DNA of 59,743 bases, filler included, from Sphacelaria rigidula (Eukaryota): NCBI GenBank assembly GCA_964200075.2. It is 10 parts of 10 records of this genome, joined end to end, with 100 filler letters (N's around TTAATTAATTAA, not from the genome) between each part and the next. Parts side by side here need not be neighbours in the genome. Positions count along the whole stretch, not along the records: positions 17,956 to 23,840 come from CAXNAA020023741.1; positions 23,941 to 29,824 come from CAXNAA020023742.1; positions 29,925 to 35,808 come from CAXNAA020023743.1; 7 more parts are not named here. One strand, 5' to 3'. The notes under the pieces are model-generated. The model saw only the letters and a program-made list of their open reading frames with translations. It made no database searches and was not told where the DNA came from. Below are positions 21,668-33,500 of the stretch, one piece after another. Position 1 is the stretch's first letter. Each line of letters opens with the position of its first letter. The position numbers were made by a program, and so were the translations under genes.

Positions 21668-24600
21668 GTGCGCTTGCAAAGTTACGATTGATGATGTCGG
21701 GGACGACGGAGGAAGCGTTGCGAGTGTGCTTAGGGTAGGGCGGGGTAGGGGTATATAGAGTATACGGTGTTTGTGGGGTGTCTGTACCACGAGTAGGTAT
21801 TCATACATTCTGTTTTTTTTTTTGTTTCTGTCGATACCTTGGCACTCTTTCGCAGGGGTACTATTTCAAAGGTGTGTTGGTTATAGGGTGAATACCCGGG
21901 TATGTTCTCTCCCGAATTTTGTGTTGCGATTTTCCGGTCTCGAATCTCTTCCCTGATATTGGGTAGTGTTAGAGACGCCCGCAATACTGTACCGGAGTAT
22001 CTGGGCATCGTTGAGTACGGTCTCAATTCTCTAACCCCCCCCCGAGTTTTTGGGGTAAGTAGAATTTTGATTTCTCGAAGTACCCGAATGTAGGGGAAGT
22101 ACCCTACCCAACAACACCATTAGAATAATCTCCGCTCTCGATATCCTGCGCGTCAGTAGAGCTCACGCATTTGATCGTAAAAAAACTTTCCCGGAATGTC
22201 ATTTTGTGTCGATTCATGTGTGAACGAACACCGCTATTTGGATCTTCAGTGAGGCTCATAGTCCCGCGTGCCTTCCTCGCATGCGCAGCATGCGTTTTTT
22301 TTTTCCTGTCCAAAGCGATCCGCCAGCGCATGCTTTTGCCTCGAGCACCCTTTGCACCGTCCTTGCCCGAGGGTCCTCAGTATACCTTGTTGGGGTTGGG
22401 GTTTGGGGTTTTCTAGAGTTGGCTTTATTTCAAAACCATGAAATTTACGAGAAAGCTCTTCAACCGTTGTTGACGAGAGATGCGTCAGCATGGCTCCCTT
22501 GCGTACGCCGGAGTTGTCTGGGGGTGCTCAAGGTTGTTTGAAGATCCAGGTTAACTCGGCGATACGTGCCCCATTCTATTAATAGGCAGGGTGGTGCGTT
22601 ACTGAGTTGAGGAAAATGCGGGTTTAAAGATCATGCTGAGGGACAAAGAAACGGACGTCTGGATGATGATGGGCTGTCAATTAAATGACAATAACTACTG
22701 GATGAAGATGGATGGAGATCAGGGTGTTGATTCGATTTTGTTTCTGACTAACTTCGTCCTGTTTTTTGTTTATGTTGTTTTGTTGGGGTAAAAACAGGAT
22801 TCTTGAAATTTGGAATATATATATATATATATATTGGTGTGGTAATGAAGATCCTTAGAACATATTTTGATTTCTTGGAAATGGTACTCGTGGAAATGCA
22901 CTCGTCAAAGAGCACCTCCCAGGGAAGTGCAGGCTGAAGTCATAAGGGGAGCTCCACTTTGGAAGGTTAGAGAACCGACTGACTCCATGAGGTCGTGCAG
23001 AGGTGAGTCTGTCTGACCGACCGGGGGAGCCTTTAACCGAACATAGCATTTCGGAGACATCCGATTTCATTTGCCAATTTCGACAGAGTCGAGTAGTGCT
23101 GCTGTAGGTTTCGAATAGTAATCTTCGACCTCCGAGCGTGTGTTACTGACAGAACAACACCTTTATAGAGTATATTTTCCAGAAAAAGGGGGATTTTGTT
23201 GGCAGTCGTGGGTGGCCTTCTCGCTGCTCCGTTCGAGTGTTGTATTTTGTGGTGTGGAGCAGGGAAGGGTTTCTCCCCTTTGTGGGCTGTGTGTGGGTGG
23301 GGTAGTTTTGATTGATTTTTGAGGTGGATTCGGATTGTTTTTTCGGCCAGTCTTGAACGGTTTGTTGTTGCTGCTGCTGCTGTTGCTGCTGCTGCTGTTG
23401 CTGCTGCTGCTACTGTTGTTGCTTTTGTTGCTGGTGTTGTTGGCTGAGAGTTTTTTTTTGTTTTCGCGTATTGATGTCCGCATGCCGGTGTCTCTTGTGT
23501 GTGCGTGCTGTATATTCGTGCGGTTTGTGTGTGTCTAGGTGTGTGTTTTTGTCGTGCTGGTAATTCAGGCTCTGTTCGTGACTTTTGCCGCGCGCGCTTG
23601 CGAGGCTATGCTTGATTATGATGGTGCAAGAATAAACAAGGAAGGAACGAAAAACGATGACTGGTGATGACACCGGCCGTAACTTGAGTGATTGTGGTGG
23701 TATGTCGGACTGACTCACTTCGACTTCGGCGTGGCAAATGGACGGTGAAGACTCGCTGCTGAGACAGATTGACTCACGGGAAAAAGGGGGGGGGGGGTGC
23801 TCATGATTATGCATGGCATAGTCATGCTATAGTAGTCAGCNNNNNNNNNNNNNNNNNNNNNNNNNNNNNNNNNNNNNNNNNNNNTTAATTAATTAANNNN
23901 NNNNNNNNNNNNNNNNNNNNNNNNNNNNNNNNNNNNNNNNTTCCCTGCAATGGAGGGATGGGACTTCAACCTCATATTATGTTTCAACCCCAAAAATTAG
24001 GATCGGCTGTTGTTTGTCGACAGTCGACTCACGGAGAGTAGTTCGAATCAATCAGACCACGTACTTTAACACCCCCTCCCATCTCAGCCACGGACGGCGT
24101 CGGCATGCACAAGCGAAGACAAAGGAGAAAGCAGCAATGAAGCTGAACCTTCTTGACGGGTTTTAAAGTGATTCGGAGAGCCGGTTGCTGCGTATGATGC
24201 CTCCTCCAAGAGTGCCTCGTTTGAAGTTGCGACAGTCAAGTCTGAGAAGTTGAATCAAGACCAGCGCTGGTCAAAAGAGGTCGAGCTGGGCTGTTCTTGA
24301 GCCGCTCAGACAGAAGCGAAACACAACGCCATGAGCACCAATGGAGCTGAAACTTCTTGAGGGCATCTCGAATGATGTTAGAAGAGCGATGTAATGGGTT
24401 TTTCGCCCAGCGCGGCTTCGAGTCCATTCGAGAATAAAAAAAGATGCGCGGTTCTGACCTTAGTTGTGAGAGCGGACGGATAGGATAGGAAAGGATAAGA
24501 CAACCGGACACTTTTTGAATTTCGGTCCAGTAGAACCCTTGTCAGCCTAGGGCCTCAAAGGAATTTCGTGTCAAGTGTCGTACCAAAAGTATGCAGTTTT

Positions 24601-25604
24601 CTTGAAGAATAAAACGCCTCCAGCAACTCACTCTCTCTGTATGCAGGTGAGCGGCAAGATGGGCGGTACGTTTGTCCTTGTCATGCCCCATCATAGGTTT
24701 TACCTCGCGTTTGTGAAATGATAGTGTGCTTCTTCAAATCCGAGTGCAACAGGCCATCCTGAAACATTGGAACGAAATTTCTCTGAGGGAACGAATTGGA
24801 ATCACTTCTTCAGCATCACCTTTATTTCGTCATTTATATTTGGATCGATTTTTGGTCAGCGTACTACACCATTCCGGAACGTGTACCGAACTCTCCGGTA
24901 TGGTTCGGCAGGGTATCGAGCCTTGGATTTTTCAATCTGCTAGGAGATTTGTGCTGTTCTTTCGTGAACAGTCTTGAAAGTCGGCATCATGGAGTTAGAC
25001 CGCGGCTTTCGTGGACTTTGATGAACTGCGGCATTCACGGACTTGAAGTCGGGTGGTCGATCGAGGGACTCGTGTAAATCAACCGGATAAGTTAGGGGAA
25101 CTCGTGACAGATGGATGCACCATTCTACCGCACGCTTGTGTACAGATATTTCAAGACGCACATAATTTGCAGGATACACCCGCTGTATCGTCCGTCGCTA
25201 GCGCCCCACCACCGGTCAGCACTGCAAGGGATATCATGTCACGTTTTCTCCCACATACTGAGGGGGGCATAGATACTGTAGTCCCTTCATCTGCTTCGTG
25301 TATGTGGAGCAATCGTTTGCCGACAAACGAAAACGTTTCTTACCTGAACTAGCCTGTACCACCGGCTTGATTGTCACAAGCGTCATCAACCGATCACGAT
25401 ATATCGGACGACTCATCCCTATACGGCAAAAAAAATTGACTACTCCACGTGTCCATTGGCAATCGTTCACGTCAGATAGATCGTAGCAAAGCCAACGAAG
25501 CCAATGGAGCCCGTGGTCCAGTCCTTGCATAAACAGTACCTCGAATTACTTCTCAGTGAAACACAGACACACATTCGTAAAAGAGCAACGACACTCGGAA
25601 AAAT

Positions 25605-25960
25605 TTACACCGCACCGCTCCTGGCTGCAAGCATTTGCAGCACTGCGTCTTCCTGGTCTTTTATGCTTGTTGCGCCTTTTGGACCCGCCACTCCTTCAGA
25701 GCGCCTACTCTGGTTCTCCCCATCCACATCACCATCAGAAGAATGATCGCTTCCATCACTTTCGCTGCCACTATCGCTGTATCCGCCAATGTCTCCACTG
25801 CCATCGCTACCGTCCTCTCCATCACCATCACTTTCGTCGCTATAGGCCGAACCGAGCGTTGCCGTTCCTTCGGCATCGGGTTCTTCCCTGAGTTTGTCCT
25901 TTCGGCGTCTCTTGAGGTGCTTCTCGCGTACACGTTCCCGGGACCAAACCTTGTCCCCAT
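25605..25960 (-). CDS. DDX10: DDX10/Dbp4 DEAD-box RNA helicase, terminal coding exon
   Basis: CAG acceptor at 25963-25961, phase 1; DGDKVWSRERVREKHLKRRRK, acidic tract, SIKDQEDAVLQMLAARSGAV-stop resembles the Dbp4/DDX10 C-terminus; not shown in this frame by the ORF track. Confidence 0.85.
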
Positions 25961-26182
25961 CTGCCGCGCAATGACAACAATCGATGATTAGAGTGGATTA
26001 CAACGGGGAATATTACTGCTAGAAGTTTTGGATTTTGGAGCCAAGAGTGCGATCCTACCCAAGGACTCCACGTGAAATGTCGATGCGGAGCGCAGGATAA
26101 CGATGTGGGCAGGAAAATTCGGTCAAGTGCTACACCAGCTACACAACATGCCAGACAACTCCGACACCACAACATCGCTCAC

Positions 26183-26345
26183 CATCAACAGCTTGAAGCC
26201 TAGCCTTGATTTTTTTCACGTACTCCTCGCTCGCAGTGGGTAAGTCCAAGCTGCTTGATTTCTCAGCCCCGCTGGAGTCCGCCGACTTTGCGCCTCCGAG
26301 ACTTTTCACGTCGGCGGCGAAGTTTTGCAAGGGCGACATGACATC
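26183..26345 (-). CDS. DDX10: DDX10/Dbp4 internal exon (163 bp)
   Basis: ctcccag acceptor, GTGAGC donor; DVMSPLQNFAADVK...SEEYVKKIKARLQAVD; phases 0 and 1 fit the neighbouring exons. Confidence 0.85.
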
Positions 26346-27167
26346 CTGGGAGGCGGGGAGGTCGGGCTGCGGTTAATGGTATAGTTCCCCAGTCCATGAA
26401 CAGCACTGACGTAGATGCACCAAAAAACGTTTTCCATAACATCAATACGAGTGTTGTTTCCTTGCTGTAGCAACACAGTCCAGGATGAAATAGAGTCAAT
26501 TTCGTTTCGTATTATATATCATGTCACGTGTGCATGCTGCGTTCACCTTGGGAATTCCACCACAAAATTTGCCATCGCGCTTATCGGACCACACATGTTC
26601 ATTGACAGACCTCTCAACACTGCCAGAGGGTTCAGACAGTGCACAAACTCACGGTCGGCAATTTCCTTGTTATTTGATTTCTCTTCGAAATTTCAATCCA
26701 TCCCTCTACCAGTATATGATCAAGTAAGTTTTGTCCAACATTGGGCCAGCCCTCTAGCAGCTGGCCGACTTTCATTGATATATTAACGTTGTCGCGCTTC
26801 TCCAAGATGGAAAATAGCGAAATAAATCAATACCGTCGGCACTCGAATTTACCACTCCCAAACTGGTCGATGATATATAGTATGAGCTTGACCGCCGGAG
26901 TGCGACGGCATACTCCATGGTGAAAAAATATATCGATGCGAGTGTAGCTCTGTTGGCATATTCAGCTGGGTCTCTAAGAAGATTACCCGCTTCTACTGGC
27001 TTTCTTGCTCTACCTCGATTTCTGTACCATAAGCAATGTCTAAAGAATATCTGGGGTTCCACAGGTTGTGACCACGAATTTTGTCATGTGCAAATAAACC
27101 AACGTTCGCGGAGAACGTTTTGTCTGAGCATTGATGCGAGGTAAAATTCATCGGAACACTATATACT

Positions 27168-27458
27168 CAACGGTGGTGAGATCAAGAGTCCAGGATACGA
27201 TTGAGAGTGAGAAGCGGTCAATTAATGAACAAAATATTTCAGTTCCGAAATGCCCTTTCACGAGACCCGATACACTTTCTGAAGCAGCTTGCCACTGAAG
27301 CCTTTGATATTCATTAGTAGAATATCGACGTGTAGCTGTGAGCACATGATAGTGTTACAGGCAAGTAAAAGCACACGCATGAGAAATTTGCCAGGGTAGA
27401 GCGAATAATGTAAGCCACTCTCAATCAACGCTGAACTCTCAATTTCACGAAAATATTG
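27168..27458 (-). mobile_element. MITE (family of 7961-8281) inside the long DDX10 intron
   Basis: Inverted ends gtgagatcaagagtccaggatacgattgagagtg / cactctcaatcaacgctgaactctcaatttcac; interior homologous to 8100-8270. Confidence 0.8.
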
Positions 27459-28628
27459 TTCATCATAGTCTGCAGCAGAGCTACTATCGGCCTTTTCTTT
27501 GTGCACCTCTTGTACAAGACGTTTCGACTTGTTCGGTATGTAACGTACACTGCCAGTAGCTGTGAGAGTCGCAGCAATATCATACATGTATATGTAGATA
27601 GGTTAATCGCGGGTGCAGCTACAAATCCCGAAGTCTGGTGATTGATCGACTTCTTCATTGAATCAACGTCCTGGGCTTCGTCCAGGACGTAACACGCTCA
27701 TCAAGGTCGGGTCGGAACGATAAATTCTACTACTAGCAGATTATCGACGGTGCTGGATTCGGCGTTAAAGGGAATCTTTGCTTCATACTTTTCCAGTTTC
27801 AGCTAGTCAGACCCGTTGGTTGCTAGCTGCACGCGGTCCTCCGACGGTGCAAAATTCTGCAGTGGCGCACACGTGTGCTCAAATGGCTTAATAGTATGCC
27901 CCTCACTCCAAAAAAGCTGAGCTGCAATCTGCTCCCAAGGCCCTTGTGTTTTGTTCCGTGTATGAGTGCATGTGCTTTTTTGCGAACGGCCTTTCTTCAT
28001 CTGAAGCCATGCCGCAGGGGGCGGGCATCTCTGGGTTCATTTAGTTGTTCATTTCAATTTCTTATTTCCAGTTATTTTCCTTTCCTATTCTTTCCTTTTC
28101 CGTTCTGTTTTTGTTGCTCGGCTTACTCCGTTCATTCTATCTTTTTGTTTTTCCCTCTCTTTTTTCACTTCAGCGAGTGTTTCAATTTTGTTTTCTTACC
28201 TATAGGGTACGTCTATCTTGCGGATAATGACCAATCACGGCTGGGTCCCTCGGGGATCAGGATCAGTCAATATGCGAAGATCAATTGATCAATCACATCG
28301 TGGTCTCTTTTACACAGGCAGGGATCATTATAGCACTCAATGCTCGTACTGTTGCACAGCCGTGCCCTCTGGTTTTTGCTCGTCTACGCCATTTTCGCAC
28401 ACGTGTGCAAAAACACATTGCCGAGATCTGCCAGTCCGATGGGACTCTTTGGCCAATGTCACCAATATATTGCAAAAACTGCAAGCTGATGCTGGAATAA
28501 GCGCGCAAAGCGATTCGCATGTGCGAGCTCCAAGCATTATTTTCGCTGTTGAGCTCAAAATCCATGACGCGCGCAAATAGGCAAGTCAATAATCATGTGC
28601 AGCAAACAGAGAAGAACGTTGCGCTCAC

Positions 28629-28988
28629 CACGGCCTCGCCATCTTCATCGAAGATCTTTTTGCGCACGCCAACCGCTGTCGCCGCCACCCCGTCCCTCGT
28701 AATTCGCATTTTCTTCTCCTTTCCTCTTCCACCCTGCTCAAGTACAGCCTCGCTCTCACCGTCGCTCTCCTCAGTCTCCCCGTGACCCTCTCCGCCATGT
28801 TTCCCATCCCCGTCTGCAGCATGCTTGCTCTTGACGAGAACGAAACCTCCATTGTCCTGAGAAGCTTCATCTGAGGAACCATCGTCGGACGAGTCTCCGC
28901 TTTCTTCGTCCTCTCCCATCTCACTTTCCAATGCCGTATTTCGAGAAGATTGCGATGCTTTGCCTTTTGCGGCCGTCTCCGATGCGCG
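28629..28988 (-). CDS. DDX10: DDX10/Dbp4 internal exon (360 bp)
   Basis: gcccccag acceptor, GTGAGC donor; acidic region, DNGGFVLVK and KKMRI...RKKIFDEDGEA resemble the conserved KIVFDDEGE-type motif. Confidence 0.85.
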
Positions 28989-29283
28989 CTGGGGGCGAGA
29001 TGATGAGATGGTGGAGAGTCACGGGGTTAGTGCGGCACTTGCTTCAGTACACGTCCCGTTTGCTCTAGGTCTAGTCAAGCACAAGCAGCACAGAGCATCA
29101 TGTCTATTTCGGACTATTTCCGTGAATGCATCCATCACAGAGGGACTTGGCAGAATATGGACAAACAGCTTCCAGGCACAGCCTATTACACGCCTATTCA
29201 TCAACACAAATATCTAACCGTAAACAGACCGTTACCTCTTGGGCAAACGTTGTGAACGTAAATTTTTGGGTTCGTTGCCTCAC

Positions 29284-29577
29284 CTCTGTCCTCTTGCGGA
29301 GCTTCTCTGCCTTTATCTGCTCCTTGAGTCGTTGCAAAGACCTGTTCACGTTCTTCTTTTTTCGTTGCTGTTCTCGCTCTTGCTCCACCGCCGCCAACCC
29401 AACTCCAGCCTTGCCACTGCTCCCATCATTGCTAGTCTCGCTATTGTTAGCGTCCCCTGCGCGCGCGGCTGCCGACGCCGCGCTCAGCGCTTGAGCTAAA
29501 CCAGGGACCCGGGGCATAGCTGCTAGTCCAAGGGAGAAGGCATATGCTTCCAGGGGGAGCTCCGACAGCCGAAACGC
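29284..29577 (-). CDS. DDX10: DDX10/Dbp4 internal exon (294 bp); the helicase core lies beyond the contig end
   Basis: gtccgcag acceptor, GTGAGG donor; AFRLSELPLEAYAFSLGLAAMPRV matches the end of the C-terminal extension (DUF4217) of Dbp4/DDX10-type helicases. Confidence 0.88.
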
Positions 29578-29744
29578 CTGCGGACGTGTGCGGAGCAAGT
29601 GGCGGATCAGCGGCAAGCATTATTACTACGCCATAAGTCAACACAGATCGGAGTTTGTAAAAATAAATTCGCCTCAAGGGAGTGGGCGGGAGGCCGAAAA
29701 AATGTCTAGCAATTTAGGAGGAAAAATGCATGTCACAGTCATGT

Positions 29745-29824
29745 CACAGTGTTTCCGATACTTGGGCGGGCTCGTCAACGAAGAGGGCGAACTCACGCAA
29801 GAAATCAACAATCGGAGCAGAGCA
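29745..29824 (+). mobile_element. RTE-type LINE RT fragment within a DDX10 intron
   Basis: QCFRYLGGLVNEEGELTQEINNRSRA fits the F.YLG...EI..R motif at the RT C-terminus. Confidence 0.75.
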
Positions 29825-29991
29825 NNNNNNNNNNNNNNNNNNNNNNNNNNNNNNNNNNNNNNNNNNNNTTAATTAATTAANNNNNNNNNNNNNNNNNNNN
29901 NNNNNNNNNNNNNNNNNNNNNNNNACCCTCCCCACGCCGTACCGACAAGACCGGTCATGGTCTTCGTCGGAGGACGGGGAACGGAGGTAGG

Positions 29992-30366
29992 TATTGGGGA
30001 TGAGAAATCCGGAGAATTAAAATCTTCGTACCCACACCAAATCTTCGAAAGATGATTCCATTTATACATATACTGATAGCTATTGACAACTGCTACATCC
30101 CAAATAAATTTGGATTTCGATCACCAAAATGCTGGGATCCTAGGTGAAAAACCAATTTTTGGGAATTTCGGGTGTCCGAACGGACGCCAAAGGGGTTCCA
30201 AAATTGGTTTTCACCTAGGACCCCAACACTTCGGTGATCGAAATCCGAACTTCCATGGCGTGTAGCAGTTGTCAAAAGCTATCAGTAGGTGAAGAAATGG
30301 AACCATATTTCGAAGATTTGGCGTGGATGCGAAGTGTTTAATCCTCCGGGTTTCTCATCCCCAATA
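29992..30366. mobile_element. 375-bp foldback (palindromic) MITE-like element
   Basis: Arms are imperfect reverse complements along their whole length (tattggggatgagaaa...tttctcatccccaata); centre ggtgtccg-aa-cggacgcc at ~30179. Confidence 0.9.
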
Positions 30367-30523
30367 AAAGATCCATCCCAAATTTGTAAGATCCCGTGTT
30401 CAGGGCGTTTTATCGTGTGTCAATGCCCAGTAAGAACTACCGCTTAGCAAGCGTTGCTTGCGCCATTTGTACAGCACGAGCGGCTCCTATTTCGAATGCA
30501 CCATCCACACCCCTACTTGGACT

Positions 30524-33500
30524 CGTGACGAAACTACGCCGTTACGTTGAGTTGGTAGTGATGATCTGGATAATGACCGGGGACACTAGGTTGATACCCT
30601 GGCGTGTCTACGAGGGTGTCTTGGAACAGCACTCCTGATAACATGAGATGTTGTAAAGGCTGACAACTGAAACTGGGGCCAGTGAGACTGGGGAGTTCCT
30701 CAACAGCAGTAATCCACCAGTCCTTCTTCTGGCTGGCGCCACAATATCGATATTAGTGCTAGTGGTAGTGCTAGAAATAGTACCTAGCAAAAGCTGCTGG
30801 GAGGATTTCGGCGGAGAGTCTGGCAGCTGGGGACAACCTAAAGAACCACGGACGCGTGGAGAGGGCTTCAACTGAGGGAGCTGCAGAAAGGCGGCTGACC
30901 TGTGATTGATCCAGACTAGAGACTTGCTGAAGCTGCGTGCAGCGGGAGTTTGGAGGCTCCCACGACTGTGTGGTGCGGGCACGAAGCAAAGAACTGTGCG
31001 ATTCGCGAACGTCCGCTGGCCTGCAAAAGCTTCGCAGGTGGCCGGTTGCAGCTATGTCGATCGGCTCGCGTGGTATGGCCAGCGTGACGCCCGTGGTCAT
31101 GCGGGAAGAGTTTCGACCTCCCCAATACGGGGATAGGTACTCCGAGAGTGCATCTCGCACTTTTTATATGAAGTACTCGGAGTACAGAAAGCGTGTGGAG
31201 CACGCTAATACAGGGGGTGCAGTTCGACACCAGGTAGTGTCGATGGCTCAACAAGAACCGACGTATGTGCAAAAAGTGTTTGCGCGTGTGGAACACAAAA
31301 AGAGCACAATCACCCCGCCGCAATTGGTTGCGGCGTTCAAAAAGCATGCTGGGCATGCGGCGGGCACTTGCCACCGCTGTGGCCAGGTCGGCCATCACAC
31401 GCGCGATTGCCCAACGTCTTCCGGTGAAGAGTCTGGGTAGTCTTATGCCGTGCGCCATCAGCATCGTCAGCACAAGAGCAAAGGACGCGGTAATCGGGGT
31501 AGCAGCGGCGGATCCTCCGGCGATGGAGGATCGCAGTCGAGTCCTCAGCAGCAGCAGCAGCAGCTGCTGCGTCAGTTTGGGTCTGATTCTAGGTCCGTGT
31601 CGCTGTAGGTGCTGCTGCTCCGCAACCGGCGGTGCAGGTGGGATCGACTTCTACAGTATCGAACACTGCGCCGGCGCCGATTGTGGCGCCACTGGCGACG
31701 CCTGCTGATGCGCTGGTCAGAGGTTCGCCAAATTCTTGGTCTGCTGGCTGGGGGTCCAACCCGCCGGCGGTCCCGTTTCAACCTGCCGGGGCGTCTTCGC
31801 CTGCGCAGCTTGCGCAGCCACGGCGTCAAGTGGGATTAGCGGCGCATCGGTCGGCGAATAAAGTGCCAGTGGAGTCTGCGCACAAGTACGTTCCTGCGGA
31901 GCCGTGTCTTCCAAATCAACGGAAGCGTAGAGCCATTGCGGTTCGGGCTAAGTGGGATTCTGGCGCCCACTTGACGGATCATGTGAGTCTGTCGGTACAG
32001 ATTGTAGAGATGCTGGAGCGTCTTCTCCCGTGTGTGCCGCTGTGCATCCCGTTTTCGCTCGGGGCGCGGCAGGCCGTCACCCGTCGGGTCAGCATGTTTG
32101 CGTCACAGAGCGTACTGTTCCGCTGCAGCTGACTTTCACGATTCCTGGGGGCCGGCGCCGTTGCCTCCGATCTCGTTTGCGATCATACCGGGGTCGGATT
32201 GGTGTCATTCTTCTGGGTTTGCCGACGCTTTAGGATCTTGAAGTCGACCCGTATGCGCAGTTGTGGGACTCCATGAAGACGCGGATGTCTCTGCCTGGTC
32301 CGGACTTGGAGACGCCCGCCTTTTTGGGCAGTCTTCGCGTGAGTTTGCCGGTGGATGCTCTTCAGGAGACTGGAGGGTAGGCGACCAAGGAGCGGGATGC
32401 GTCGGTGGAACGCTCGGTAGAGCGCGACCCAGATTTGTTCATGGTTCCGGCGGAAGAGGAGTCCGCTTGGAAGGACGCGCTGGAGGAGAGCGTGACGGAT
32501 GCTGGGGTGACAGGCCTCAGCATCTCAAAAGCGGAGCGCCTGCGCGGTATATTGCATCGCCGCGTCAACGCGTTTCGTCGTGCGCTGTGGGGTGATCTCC
32601 CTGCGCGCGTGGAGCCCATGCGAGTTCAGCTAAAACCTGGGGCGTCCGCGGCGAAGACGAAGCCGCGGCGGTACGATCCAGTGAAGTCGAGTTGGTTGGC
32701 GTTGTGCATGGTGGCTCTTTTGGCGCTCGGGTTGGTGTTTCGGAGTTTGCAGACGGGGTGGTCCAGTCCAGATATGGTATTTCTGAAGAAGGGTGCATCG
32801 CGGACGGAGGGCAGGCTGCAGGCGTGGGCGGCAGCGAAGGATCTGGTGGCTCATGCCGTGACGCTGTTCCATCCTCGTCCTGATTGTCAGGTGTTGATAT
32901 TTCCGAATGCATCTGAGTGCTAGTGGGGTAGTCTGGTCATGCAGGTGCCTAAAGTTAAAATGTAAAGGCGCTTGCCGGTTGAGGATATGATGCATGAACC
33001 GCTGGCTTTCCTTAGTGGTAATTTCAAGGGTTCGCAGTGGCGCTGGGCCACAATTGACGAGGAAGGTTTTGCTATCGTGAGCACTTTTCGTCGTTTGGAG
33101 CACCTTTCGTGGGATAGCGTGCACATTTTCACGGATCACCGAAACATCGTGTATATTTCAACCCGGAAGCGTGCGCTACGTCTGTGTCGAAGGCAGTGGC
33201 ACAACGTTTGGAGGGTTGGAAAACTGTTCTTGGCCAGTATCGTTACTCAATTTGCCACGTTTCGGGAGACCGTAACGCGTGGGGTGACTTGCTTTCGGGT
33301 TGGGTGAATATTTCGCCTTTGCCTGTGCGCGCTGTGGCTGTGTATGGTCCGTGTGAACCTGATGACTCGATGCCGTCCAAATCTGTTGTCCTCCAAGGGC
33401 AACGAAAAGACCTTGGGGCCGGAGATGCGGATGTGCAATCTTGCGAGTCGGACGCTGGTACTGCTATCTTGGACAATGAAGGTCTGTTTCGTGTGCATGT

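Noticed and set aside
24680..24720. RGKTYDGA as a hAT transposase motif (and VTTRWDT near 54890-54910)
   Set aside because: Isolated short matches with no flanking conserved motifs
25661..25960. 99-aa ORF-track protein MGTRFGPG...
   Set aside because: Wrong frame; the spliced phase-1 frame gives the DDX10 C-terminus
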